A DNA stretch of 54,591 nt from an uncultured Planctomycetia bacterium (GTDB lineage Bacteria > Omnitrophota > Gorgyraeia > 2-02-FULL-51-18): NCBI GenBank assembly GCA_964431835.1, contig CAYSKO010000011.1:1-54591 (forward strand). Reading direction: 5' to 3'. Every line of letters begins with the position of its first letter. Positions within the stretch are counted from its first letter, which is position 1. Below, piece by piece: positions 9,499 to 17,818 of this stretch. The position numbers were made by a program, and so were the translations under genes. Below the pieces are notes generated by a model. The model was not told the DNA's origin. It was given only the letters and a program-made list of their open reading frames with translations, and made no database searches.

Positions 9499-9863
9499 TG
9501 AAAGCCGTCCTTCTCGTGGGCCACGGCAGCAAGATGAAAGGCTTCCAAGACGCCATGGAGAAGATCGCTCAGCGTCTCGCCGTGGACTTGAATCCCGTCG
9601 CGGTGCGCCTAGCGTTCCTCGAGATCGCGGCTCCTTCCATTCCGGACGCGATCGACTCTCTGGCCGCGCGCGGCTTCACGGAGGTTAAGATCCTTCCTTA
9701 TTTCGTCCAGGCCGGGAAGCACGTGCAGGTCGACCTTCCCGAGATCGCCGCTTGGGCGGCCGAGAAATACCGCGGCCGTGTGCGCGTTACGCTCTGCCCC
9801 TACCTCGGATTTCATGATAAGATCGTCGAAGTCGTGAAAGAGCGGATTGCGGAGGGGGAATGA
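9498..9863 (+). CDS. cbiX: CbiX/SirB-type small sirohydrochlorin chelatase
   Basis: ATG 9498 overlaps the batD stop. MKAVLLVGHGSK... and ILPYFVQAGKHV match the CbiX(S) pattern (about 120 aa). Confidence 0.75.
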   Translation: MKAVLLVGHGSKMKGFQDAMEKIAQRLAVDLNPVAVRLAFLEIAAPSIPDAIDSLAARGFTEVKILPYFVQAGKHVQVDLPEIAAWAAEKYRGRVRVTLCPYLGFHDKIVEVVKERIAEGE

Positions 9864-10300
9864 AGAGCGAAGAGCTGGAAAAGAAAAAGCGTTTCCCCGT
9901 TATTCCCTGCGGCGTCGCGATCATCCGCCGCGACCGCGAGTTCCTGATCGCCCAAAGGAACGCCGACGACACGTTCGGATCGTACTGGGAATTCCCCGGT
10001 GGCAAAAAGAACCGCGGCGAATCCTTCGAGGACTGCGTCGTTCGCGAGACCAAGGAAGAACTCGGGGTCGACATCTCGGTCCAGCGTAAATTCATGGAAA
10101 TCCGGAAGACCTACGGCGAAAAGGTCATCTGGCTCAATTTCTACCTCTGTTCGTACGTTGCCGGAGACCCGCGGCCCCTCGATTGCCAGCAAGTCCAGTG
10201 GGCGGACGCAGACGAGCTCCAGAATTTCCGTTTCCCTCCCGCCAACGACCGAGTGATCCGCCTTCTTCTCGAAAGCCTCGAATCCGGCGCCGCCCGATGA
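9860..10300 (+). CDS. NUDIX hydrolase (MutT-like)
   Basis: Nudix box GGKKNRGESFEDCVVRETKEELG. ATGA overlap with cbiX. Confidence 0.85.
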   Translation: MKSEELEKKKRFPVIPCGVAIIRRDREFLIAQRNADDTFGSYWEFPGGKKNRGESFEDCVVRETKEELGVDISVQRKFMEIRKTYGEKVIWLNFYLCSYVAGDPRPLDCQQVQWADADELQNFRFPPANDRVIRLLLESLESGAAR

Positions 10301-10845
10301 GCTCCCAAAAAGGACTCGTGATCGTCTACACCGGCGACGGCAAAGGGAAAACGTCGGCGGCTCTGGGAAACGCGTTCCGCGCCCTCGGTCACGGCTGGCG
10401 AGTGCTCATGATCCAGTTCTTCAAAGGCGACTGGCCCGTGAAATACGGCGAGCTCGAGAGCGCACGGCTTCACCCGAAGCTCGAGATCATCCAGCTCGGA
10501 AAAGGCTTCGTGAAGATCATGGGCGACAAGAAGCCCATCGAGGAGCATAAGGCCGCCGCGCGCGAGGCCATGGACCTGGCGAAGACCCGCATCTACTCCG
10601 GCGAATACGATCTCGTGATTCTGGACGAGATCAACTGCGCGGTCGATTATCTCGACGTGCGCTTGGTCGAGCTCGAGGACGTTCTTGAGATCGTCCGTAA
10701 GAAGCCCGAGCGCACCCACCTCATCTTCACCGGCCGCGGCGCGCGTCCCGAGCTTATCGCCGCCGCCGATCTCGTGACCGAGATGAAAGAGATCAAACAC
10801 CCGTTCCAAAAAGGCATCCAGGCGCAGGAGGGGATCGACTTCTGA
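10297..10845 (+). CDS. cobO: cob(I)yrinic acid a,c-diamide adenosyltransferase (CobO/BtuR type)
   Basis: ATG 10297 overlaps the upstream stop. GLVIVYTGDGKGKTSAALG (P-loop), VLMIQFFKG, ILDEI and HPF..GI.A..GIDF are all typical of CobO. Confidence 0.88.
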   Translation: MSSQKGLVIVYTGDGKGKTSAALGNAFRALGHGWRVLMIQFFKGDWPVKYGELESARLHPKLEIIQLGKGFVKIMGDKKPIEEHKAAAREAMDLAKTRIYSGEYDLVILDEINCAVDYLDVRLVELEDVLEIVRKKPERTHLIFTGRGARPELIAAADLVTEMKEIKHPFQKGIQAQEGIDF

Positions 10846-13058
10846 TGAAGACCCCTTACGTGCTCGCGCTCGATCTCGGCACGACCGGCAACCGCGCGAT
10901 CGTCTTCGACCGCACGCAGAAGCCAGTGTTCCGTGCCTACGAGGAATTTCCCCAGTTTTTCCCGAAACCGGGCTGGGTTGAGCATGACGCGGAGGCGATT
11001 TGGCGGAGCGCCCGCCGCGTGCTCCAGAGGGTGTTCGACCGTTATCCGGTTTCGAAGATGGCCGCGCTCGGCCTCACGAATCAGCGCGAGACGGTCGTAC
11101 TCTGGGACCGCGCGACAGGAAAGCCCATCCACCGCGCGATCGTGTGGCAGGACCGCCGCACCGCCGCCGCGTGCGAGGCACTGAAAGCCAAAGCCCTCGA
11201 AAAGAAGATCCGGGCAAAGACGGGTCTCTTCTTGGACCCTTACTTCAGCGCGACCAAGCTCGCGTGGCTCCTCGACAACGTGAAGGGCGCGCGCCGCCGC
11301 GCCGAGAAGGGCGAGCTCCTCGCCGGAACCATCGACACGTGGATCGCCTGGAAATTATCCGCCGGCGCTCTCCACGTCACCGACGCTTCGAACGCCTCCC
11401 GTACGCTTCTGTACGACATCCGTTCGCTTTCGTGGGACCCCTGGCTCTGCGGCGTGTTCGGCGTGCCGGAGGCGATCCTGCCCCGCGTCGTGCCGACGAG
11501 CGGTTTCGCCGGAGCCGTCGACAAAGATCTCTTTAGGGGCGAGCTTCCGATCGCGTCCCTGGTCGGTGACCAGCAGGCCGCCTCGTTCGCGCAAGGATGC
11601 TTCGGCCCCGGTATCGTAAAAAACACTTACGGAACGGGCCTCTTTCTCGTCGAGAACACGGGGCGTACGCCGCGTTTCTCGAAGGACCTCCTCACGACCG
11701 TGGCTTGGTCCGAAGGCACGCCGCGCGGCACCGAATACGCCGTCGAGGGAAGCGTGTTCGTCGGAGGCGCGGCCGTCCAGTGGCTGCGCGACGGACTCGG
11801 CATCATCGAGGCTTCGCGCGACGTCGAGCCGCTTGCGCGCTCGGTCGCGTCCAACGACGGCGTCTACTTCGTTCCCGCCCTCTCGGGCCTTGGCGCGCCG
11901 TATTGGGATCCGAACGCGCGTGGTCTTCTCATCGGTCTCACGCGCGGCACGACGCGCGCGCACGTGGCGCGCGCCGCGCTCGAAGCGATCGCCTACCAAA
12001 CGCGCGACGTCATGGAAGCCATGCGCCGCGACACCGGCCACCGCTTCAAGCGCCTGCGCGTGGACGGCGGAGCCGCCGCCGACGATTTTCTCATGCAATT
12101 CCAAGCCGACGTGCTCGGCATTCCCGTGGAACGCCCGAAAGTGCTCGATACCACCGCGCTCGGCGCGGCGGGCCTCGCCGGCCTCGCGGCCGGGTTTTGG
12201 AAGAGCCGCGCGGAATTCGACCGCGGCCGTCGGGTGGAGCGCACGTTCAAGCCGCGGGCTGGCCGCGGCGCCGACGCGCTTTACGCCCGCTGGAAGCGCG
12301 CGGTCGAGCGTTCCCGCGGATGGGCGCTCGCGCTCGCTCTGCTCGCTCTTTTCTCAGCCTCGCCCGCGTCCGCCGAAAAAGTCGTCCTGAAGGGCGGGCA
12401 TATCCGCGACGGAAAGGTCGTCGAACGCACGAAGGATTACGTCGTCGTCGACGTGAGCGGGATCCGGACGCCCTATTATTACGAGGAGATCGAATCGATC
12501 GACGGCGCGCCGCCGCGCGAAACGCCGCGGACCGCTTCCGCTCCCGCGCCTTCTCCGGATATCCCGGCGGAGAAACTTTCCGCGGCTCCGCCGCCCGGCG
12601 ACGCGCTCGAGAACGACCCGCGGAAACTGGCAGCCGTTTCTCTCCAACTTTTCAACGAGAAACGCTTTCTGGAAGCGATCCGCGTCGACGAGCGCGCGCT
12701 TACGATGCCGCTCGACAACGGTCTCCGAGCCCATTTCGCGCTGAATGCGAGCTCCTCGCATCTCGAGCTCGGCGTTCCCGAGTGGGCGCTTGCCCGCGAC
12801 GACGCGCACTACAAAAAATCGATCGAATATGCGCGGATGTGCCTCGACGCCGATCCCGTCGCGTGGCAGGCGCTGGGCAACATTGCGACCGTCCACATGA
12901 ACATGGGGCGGCTCGAGGAGGCCGAAGCCGCGTACGCGGAGGCTCAAGGCCTCGCCGATCCCGAATCGCCCTATTACCGCCAGCTCGTCCGTCAGCGCGC
13001 CATGGTGCGCGGCGCTCTCGAGGCGAGCCGCCGCATCGACCAGGAGGGTACAAGCTGA
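10845..13058 (+). CDS. glpK: glycerol kinase (about 495 aa) reading through in frame into a signal-peptide-like hydrophobic segment plus a roughly 240-aa TPR-like domain
   Basis: The N-terminus YVLALDLGTTGNRAIVFD, GDQQAA, and the end ...YARWKRAVERSRGW correspond to the normal GlpK C-terminus. No stop follows. The frame continues as ALALALLALFSASPASA-EKVVLKGG... down to the TGA at 13056-13058. Confidence 0.8.
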   Translation: MKTPYVLALDLGTTGNRAIVFDRTQKPVFRAYEEFPQFFPKPGWVEHDAEAIWRSARRVLQRVFDRYPVSKMAALGLTNQRETVVLWDRATGKPIHRAIVWQDRRTAAACEALKAKALEKKIRAKTGLFLDPYFSATKLAWLLDNVKGARRRAEKGELLAGTIDTWIAWKLSAGALHVTDASNASRTLLYDIRSLSWDPWLCGVFGVPEAILPRVVPTSGFAGAVDKDLFRGELPIASLVGDQQAASFAQGCFGPGIVKNTYGTGLFLVENTGRTPRFSKDLLTTVAWSEGTPRGTEYAVEGSVFVGGAAVQWLRDGLGIIEASRDVEPLARSVASNDGVYFVPALSGLGAPYWDPNARGLLIGLTRGTTRAHVARAALEAIAYQTRDVMEAMRRDTGHRFKRLRVDGGAAADDFLMQFQADVLGIPVERPKVLDTTALGAAGLAGLAAGFWKSRAEFDRGRRVERTFKPRAGRGADALYARWKRAVERSRGWALALALLALFSASPASAEKVVLKGGHIRDGKVVERTKDYVVVDVSGIRTPYYYEEIESIDGAPPRETPRTASAPAPSPDIPAEKLSAAPPPGDALENDPRKLAAVSLQLFNEKRFLEAIRVDERALTMPLDNGLRAHFALNASSSHLELGVPEWALARDDAHYKKSIEYARMCLDADPVAWQALGNIATVHMNMGRLEEAEAAYAEAQGLADPESPYYRQLVRQRAMVRGALEASRRIDQEGTS

Positions 13059-13336
13059 TGGGTTTCCAACACGTCGACATCCCCGCGATGGTGACCGTCA
13101 TCGACTCGGAGCTCGAGCGCCAACGGCGCTCGTTCTTCACGCCGATCGAGGCCAATGAGATCCTGCATAAGGCCGGAGTCCTCATAAACAACCCCAAGGA
13201 ACCGGGAAAAAACCTCCGGATCGTCCTGAATTCGGGACGCATTCAGCACGCCTACAAACTGGCCGGCCCCACGAGTCACTGGGTGATCCCGCACTCGAAC
13301 GCGCGCCGCACGCTCGACAAGCCCACGACCGACTGA
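13058..13336 (+). CDS. hypothetical protein (92 aa)
   Basis: ATG 13058 overlaps the glpK-fusion stop (TGATG). This is the only non-Arg-rich part of the long alternate-frame ORF 11597..13336. No family recognised. Confidence 0.5.
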   Translation: MGFQHVDIPAMVTVIDSELERQRRSFFTPIEANEILHKAGVLINNPKEPGKNLRIVLNSGRIQHAYKLAGPTSHWVIPHSNARRTLDKPTTD

Positions 13337-13397
13337 TTTAACGCGCTTTTTACATTTCCTTCACGCGGCGCACACGCGGCGGGGCTACACTCGCCGC

Positions 13398-13781
13398 ATG
13401 AACATCACCCGCCGCAGGGTCGTTCTCGTCGAGGACGACCCAGACGATCTTTACTTCGCGCTCGAGGCCCTGGGCCCCGACGAGATGGTCGTCGTCGTTT
13501 GCCGGGACGGGGAGTCGGCGATCCGCTACCTGGAAAACGCATCTCCTCCAGACGTCATCCTTCTCGACCTTCAGCTTCCTCTCCGGAGCGGGTGGGAGGT
13601 GCTCGAGTCGATCATCGCCAACCCCGCGCTCGGATTCGTGCCCGTCTTTATCTTAAGCACGCTCGCTTCGCGTCCGCAGCCTCTTCGCACGCTCGCGTTT
13701 CGCATCGACGGCTATCTGCATAAGCCGCTCGACCGCGCTTCTTGGATAAAAATTCGGCACATCAGCCAACACGTGGATTGA
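13398..13781 (+). CDS. single-domain response-regulator receiver (CheY-like)
   Basis: VVLVEDDPDD, DVILLDLQLP and HKPL give the receiver acidic pocket, phospho-Asp and Lys. There is no output domain. Confidence 0.85.
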   Translation: MNITRRRVVLVEDDPDDLYFALEALGPDEMVVVVCRDGESAIRYLENASPPDVILLDLQLPLRSGWEVLESIIANPALGFVPVFILSTLASRPQPLRTLAFRIDGYLHKPLDRASWIKIRHISQHVD

Positions 13782-13806
13782 CAATTGAACGTTCGTTCAA
13801 TATAAT
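13778..13806 (+). promoter_or_regulatory. perfect sigma70 consensus promoter (TTGACA-17 nt-TATAAT) with an 8+8 inverted repeat filling the spacer
   Basis: TTGACA is at 13778-13783, the spacer at 13784-13800 (17 nt) and TATAAT at 13801-13806. The palindrome is ATTGAACG-TT-CGTTCAAT at 13784-13801. An AGAGGAG Shine-Dalgarno is at 13816-13822 and the ATG at 13831. Confidence 0.7.
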
Positions 13807-13830
13807 ACTTTTAAAAGAGGAGCGAACGCT

Positions 13831-14043
13831 ATGAAGACTCTCGATCGCAAGGAAATGGAGATCATGATCGCCGACGCGCGCATGCAGAAGGATCTGATCG
13901 AGATGCTGGTGCGGGATTTCGAGCAGAAAACCCGGCTGGAAGACTCGGACATGCGTTACCTGGACAGTGTCCTTCATAACGTGGAAAGCGGGCTCAAACG
14001 GATTCGTCGGTCGTATTCCAAGACCCCGATCCGGTACTTATGA
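13831..14043 (+). CDS. small hypothetical helical protein (70 aa)
   Basis: It has a strong SD 8 nt upstream and a consensus promoter. It is locally lower in GC than the flanking genes. No family recognised. Confidence 0.55.
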   Translation: MKTLDRKEMEIMIADARMQKDLIEMLVRDFEQKTRLEDSDMRYLDSVLHNVESGLKRIRRSYSKTPIRYL

Positions 14044-14065
14044 GTCGATTCAATATCTCCGCTCC

Positions 14066-14094
14066 TTGAAAAGGGGAGGGTGACCGGGTATAAT
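14066..14094 (+). promoter_or_regulatory. near-consensus sigma70 promoter (TTGAAA-17 nt-TATAAT)
   Basis: TTGAAA is at 14066-14071, the 17-nt spacer at 14072-14088 and TATAAT at 14089-14094. It opens a roughly 370-nt stretch with no convincing ORF before the dCMP deaminase ATG. Confidence 0.55.
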
Positions 14095-14244
14095 TTCTTC
14101 TAGTCCTATGAAGACGGCTCGAAGGCGCAACGCGTCCCCCCGGCAATGGGGTACGGCGATCGGCAACTTCGAATCCGCCCCTGTAAAAGTCTTAAAAATG
14201 ACGGCTATCGCTCTCCGCGGGGGCCTTTTTCCTTGAAAATCTTC

Positions 14245-14263
14245 CTCGTGAGCACGAGTTTTT
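14245..14263 (+). terminator. weak intrinsic-terminator-like hairpin plus T5
   Basis: CTCGT-GAGC-ACGAG (5-bp stem) is followed by TTTTT at 14259-14263, about 160 nt after the 14089 -10 box. Confidence 0.3.
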
Positions 14264-14462
14264 GGGGACTCCTCGGGCAGCTGTGGTTCGCCGTCTCGGG
14301 GCTCTTTTTGCTCAAGGTGCTCCTCGTAGGCGACCGTCCGACGAGCCGTATTTTTTCACGTCTGGCCGCCTACAAGCGCAAACTCCTCCGCTGATTTTCC
14401 CTGGCCCTCCCCGGGGCCGAATCCGCTTGAGGAAAGCCCTCCGAATAGATAGAATCGTTTTC

Positions 14463-14945
14463 ATGCCTACTTCCGCCAAAAGAGTCCGCGCCGGTTGGGA
14501 TGAGTATTTCATGGACGTCGCCCGCGTGGTCTCAAGCCGCTCCACCTGCGACCGCAAGTTCGTAGGGGCGGCGATCGTGCGCGACCGCACCATCCTTTCG
14601 ACCGGGTATAACGGCTCTGTCCGCAAACTCGAGCACTGCGACGAGGTGGGGCACATGATGGAAAATGGCCACTGCGTGGGCACCGTCCACGCGGAAGCCA
14701 ACTCGATCCTTCAGGCAGCCAAAAACGGCGTCTCGACCGACGGCGCCACGATCTACACTACCGCGAGCCCCTGCTGGCCCTGCTTCAAGCTCATCGCCAA
14801 TTCCGGAATCCGGCGCATCTGTTACGCGGAGTTTTACCGCGACGAACGGATCTTCCAATTCGCGAAAAAGGCTCAAATCGAGCTCGTCGGTCCCGGTCCC
14901 GCACCGGAGACGACGGCGCCTAAAAACGGAAAGAAAGCACGATGA
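14463..14945 (+). CDS. dCMP deaminase (ComEB/CDA zinc-deaminase family)
   Basis: Start taken at ATG 14463 (MPTSAKRV..WDEYFM). Zinc motifs HAEANSI and PCWPC are present. The track's upstream extension (14262) is Arg/Pro-rich and not deaminase-like. Confidence 0.85.
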   Translation: MPTSAKRVRAGWDEYFMDVARVVSSRSTCDRKFVGAAIVRDRTILSTGYNGSVRKLEHCDEVGHMMENGHCVGTVHAEANSILQAAKNGVSTDGATIYTTASPCWPCFKLIANSGIRRICYAEFYRDERIFQFAKKAQIELVGPGPAPETTAPKNGKKAR

Positions 14946-15601
14946 CGCAGGGACTCTATCTCAAGCAGATGGAAATCGGTCCCATGGAGAACTTCGTCTA
15001 TTTCGTGGGCGACGCAGCCACGCGCGAAGTGCTCGTGGTCGATCCGGCATGGCAGGTGGACACGATCCTGCGCGTCGCCAAGGAGGAGGGCCTGACGATC
15101 AAGGGCGCCCTCGTCAGCCATTATCATTTCGATCACACGAACGGCATCGAGGAGCTTCTGGCGGCCGTCGACTGCCCGATTTACGTGAACAAGAACGACG
15201 TGCCTTACCTCGACTGCTCGCCGTCCCAGATCAAGCCGCTCTCGGGCGCGGACAAGATCAAGGTGGGCGCGGTCGAGGTCGAGTGCGTGCACACGCCCGG
15301 CCACACACCGGGATCGCAGTGCTTCCACGTGCGTGGCCATCTGATCTCCGGCGACACCCTTTTTATCGGCGCCTGCGGCCGAACCGACCTTCCGGGCGGA
15401 AAGGCCGAGGACCTCTACTATTCCCTTACGCAGAAACTCGCGAAGTTCGACGACGCGACGGTGCTCTGCCCGGGCCATAATTACGCGGACCGCGCCACCA
15501 CCACGATGGGGGACGAAAAGCGCACGAACCCGTACCTCCTCGTGGATTCCCTCCAGAATTTCCTTAAATTCCGCACCGGCGTCTCCGAATCCGGCCATTA
15601 A
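14942..15601 (+). CDS. MBL-fold metallo-hydrolase (glyoxalase II-like)
   Basis: HYHFDH (HxHxDH), HTPGHTPGS and GD.LF..GCGR pattern. ATGA overlap with the upstream gene. Confidence 0.85.
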   Translation: MTQGLYLKQMEIGPMENFVYFVGDAATREVLVVDPAWQVDTILRVAKEEGLTIKGALVSHYHFDHTNGIEELLAAVDCPIYVNKNDVPYLDCSPSQIKPLSGADKIKVGAVEVECVHTPGHTPGSQCFHVRGHLISGDTLFIGACGRTDLPGGKAEDLYYSLTQKLAKFDDATVLCPGHNYADRATTTMGDEKRTNPYLLVDSLQNFLKFRTGVSESGH

Positions 15602-15663
15602 TTCCGAAAAAGGAAAAGTTCGTTGACGCCTCGGTTTCGCCGGGTTACACTCTTTACTCATTT

Positions 15664-16554
15664 ATGACAACAGCTTCCGCGACCCAGAAAACGAACCCTA
15701 CGGCCGACATCGAGGCGCTCAAGAAAGTCGCGCTCCTTATCCGCCGCGACGTCATCAAGATGCTCGGCATCGCCGGCAACGGCCACCCCGGCGGGTCGCT
15801 TTCGGCGACCGACCTCCTGGCCGCCCTCTATTTCCACCACATGAAAATCGACGCGAAAAATCCCAAATGGGCCGACCGCGATCGCCTCGTCTTCTCGAAA
15901 GGCCATGGCTGCCCGGCGCTTTATTCCGCGCTCGCGCGCGCCGGCTATTTCCCGATCGATTGGCTCCTGACGCTCCGCAAGCTCGGAAGCCCGCTCCAGG
16001 GGCATCCCGACGTGCGCCGCCTCGCGGGCATCGAAGCCTCCACCGGCTCGCTCGGCCAGGGGCTTTCCATCGCGATCGGCATGGCCCTGGCGGCCCGCTT
16101 CGACAAAAAAGATTACAAGTCCTACGCGTTCATTTCAGACGGCGAGCTTAACGAGGGCCAGATCTGGGAAGCGGCCGCCTTCGCGTCGTTCCACAAGCTG
16201 AAGGACTGCATCACGATCCTCGACTACAACAAGTACCAGCTCGGCGGCGCCACGAAGGACATGCTCGACATGGAGCCCGTCGCGGACAAGTGGAAGGCGT
16301 TCGGCTGGGAGACGCGCGAAATCGACGGCCACGACATGAAGCAGGTCGACGAGGCTCTGACGTGGGCCCGCTCGGCCGTCTCCGCTCCGCGCATTATCAT
16401 CGCGCACACCGTGAAGGGCAAGGGTGTTTCTTTCATGGAGAACAACAACAATTTCCACGGGGTCGCCAACACGAAGGACGAAACCGAGAAGGCTCTTCGC
16501 GAGCTGGGCGAGGAAGACGCCGAAATCCGCCGCATCTCCGGGATGATCAAATGA
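15664..16554 (+). CDS. transketolase, N-terminal (TPP-binding) subunit
   Basis: GHPGGSLS, DRDRLVFSKGH, GSLGQGLS and SDGELNEGQIWEA are the split-transketolase N-section motifs. Confidence 0.9.
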   Translation: MTTASATQKTNPTADIEALKKVALLIRRDVIKMLGIAGNGHPGGSLSATDLLAALYFHHMKIDAKNPKWADRDRLVFSKGHGCPALYSALARAGYFPIDWLLTLRKLGSPLQGHPDVRRLAGIEASTGSLGQGLSIAIGMALAARFDKKDYKSYAFISDGELNEGQIWEAAAFASFHKLKDCITILDYNKYQLGGATKDMLDMEPVADKWKAFGWETREIDGHDMKQVDEALTWARSAVSAPRIIIAHTVKGKGVSFMENNNNFHGVANTKDETEKALRELGEEDAEIRRISGMIK

Positions 16555-17513
16555 CGGCTCTCACGCCTCGCAAAATCGGCGCCGCGACCCGCGACGCGTA
16601 CGGCAAGGCCCTGGTCGAGCTCGGCAAAGAGAGCCAGGACATCATCGTGATGGACGCGGACCTTTCGAAGTCCACCCGCACCGAAAAATTCGGCAAGGCG
16701 TATCCCGACCGTTTCATCGACATCGGCATCCAGGAAATGAACCTGATCGGCATTGCGACAGGCCTGGCCTCCTGCGGCAAAATTCCGTTCGTCTCCTCGT
16801 TCGCGTGCTTCCTGATGTGCAAAGGCTACGAGCAGCTGCGCGTCGGCGTCGCGTTCCCGGAGCTCAACGTGAAAGTCGTCACGTCGCACGGCGGCATCTC
16901 GGTCGGCGAGGACGGCGCGTCCCAACAGTCGGTCGAAGACTTCGCGCTCGCGCTCTCGCTTCCGGGTTTTACGGTCATCGTGCCGTCGGACGAGCACTGC
17001 GCCAAGGCGCTCATCAAGAAATCGGCGTTCCATAAGGGTCCGGTCTACGTCCGCACCGGCCGCGCGAACACCGCGCTTCTCTACGACGAGAAGACTGAAT
17101 TCAAGATCGGCAAAGGCATCCATCTCCGTCAGGGCAAGGACGTCACGCTGATCGGCTGCGGCATGCTCGCGTACGAATGCCTCGAAGCCGCCGAGATCCT
17201 TTCCAAAGAAGGCATCGAAGCCTCTGTCATCGACATGCACACGCTGAAGCCGCTGGACGAAGAGCTCGTGATCAAGGAAGCGAAAGCCACCGGCGCGGTG
17301 GTCGTCGCCGAAGAACACCTGACGTTCGGTGGGCTCGGTAGCGTGGTTTCCCAGTGCCTGTCCCGCAAATACCCCGTTCCTATGGAATTCGTCGGTCTGA
17401 ACGACACGTACGCCGAGTCCGGAGCTCCGCAGGAGCTTATGGACAAGTACGGCCTCAATTCCAAGGGCGTCGCCGACGCGGCCCGCCGCGTCCTTCCACT
17501 CAAGAGACGATAA
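16551..17513 (+). CDS. transketolase, C-terminal (pyrimidine-binding) subunit
   Basis: ATG 16551 overlaps the stop of the N-subunit gene (ATGA). Motifs: TRDAYGKALVELG, DADLSKST, IDIGIQEMNL, HGGISVGEDGASQQ. Confidence 0.9.
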   Translation: MTALTPRKIGAATRDAYGKALVELGKESQDIIVMDADLSKSTRTEKFGKAYPDRFIDIGIQEMNLIGIATGLASCGKIPFVSSFACFLMCKGYEQLRVGVAFPELNVKVVTSHGGISVGEDGASQQSVEDFALALSLPGFTVIVPSDEHCAKALIKKSAFHKGPVYVRTGRANTALLYDEKTEFKIGKGIHLRQGKDVTLIGCGMLAYECLEAAEILSKEGIEASVIDMHTLKPLDEELVIKEAKATGAVVVAEEHLTFGGLGSVVSQCLSRKYPVPMEFVGLNDTYAESGAPQELMDKYGLNSKGVADAARRVLPLKRR

Positions 17514-17595
17514 GCCCGAGGGCGTCACGCCTCGGGTGCGGCCGCACGGCCGCTTGGGCTCCAGACCCGACCCCGTTGACGTCACCCCTCAAGCA

Positions 17596-17622
17596 CCCGA
17601 AAAAGATTCGGGCCATTTTTTT
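17596..17622 (+). terminator. intrinsic terminator after the transketolase genes
   Basis: CCCGAA-aaaga-TTCGGG hairpin at 17596-17612, then CCA and a T7 run at 17616-17622. An additional 8-bp hairpin CCCGAGGC-gtcac-GCCTCGGG at 17515-17535 has no T-tract. Confidence 0.6.
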
Positions 17623-17633
17623 GTAACGTTTTA

Positions 17634-17713
<80 letters not shown>

Positions 17714-17716
17714 CTC

Positions 17717-17790
17717 GTCCCCGTAGCTCAGTTGGATAGAGCATCTGCCTTCTAAGCAGAGGGTCGTGCGTTCGAATCGCGCCGGGGACA
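17717..17790 (+). tRNA. tRNA-Arg (anticodon TCT)
   Basis: Acceptor GTCCCCG/CGGGGAC. Anticodon stem TCTGC/GCAGA with loop CTTCTAA. T-loop TTCGAAT. Confidence 0.9.
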
Positions 17791-17818
17791 CGTTTTGTTT
17801 CACGAAGCCCGGAAAAAT

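Noticed and set aside
14146-14462. The 82-aa ORF 14146-14394 and the track's N-terminal extension of the dCMP deaminase ORF (14262-14462).
   Set aside because: They have no Shine-Dalgarno and an Arg/Pro/Gly-rich, non-protein-like sequence. Deaminase homology starts only at Met 14463.
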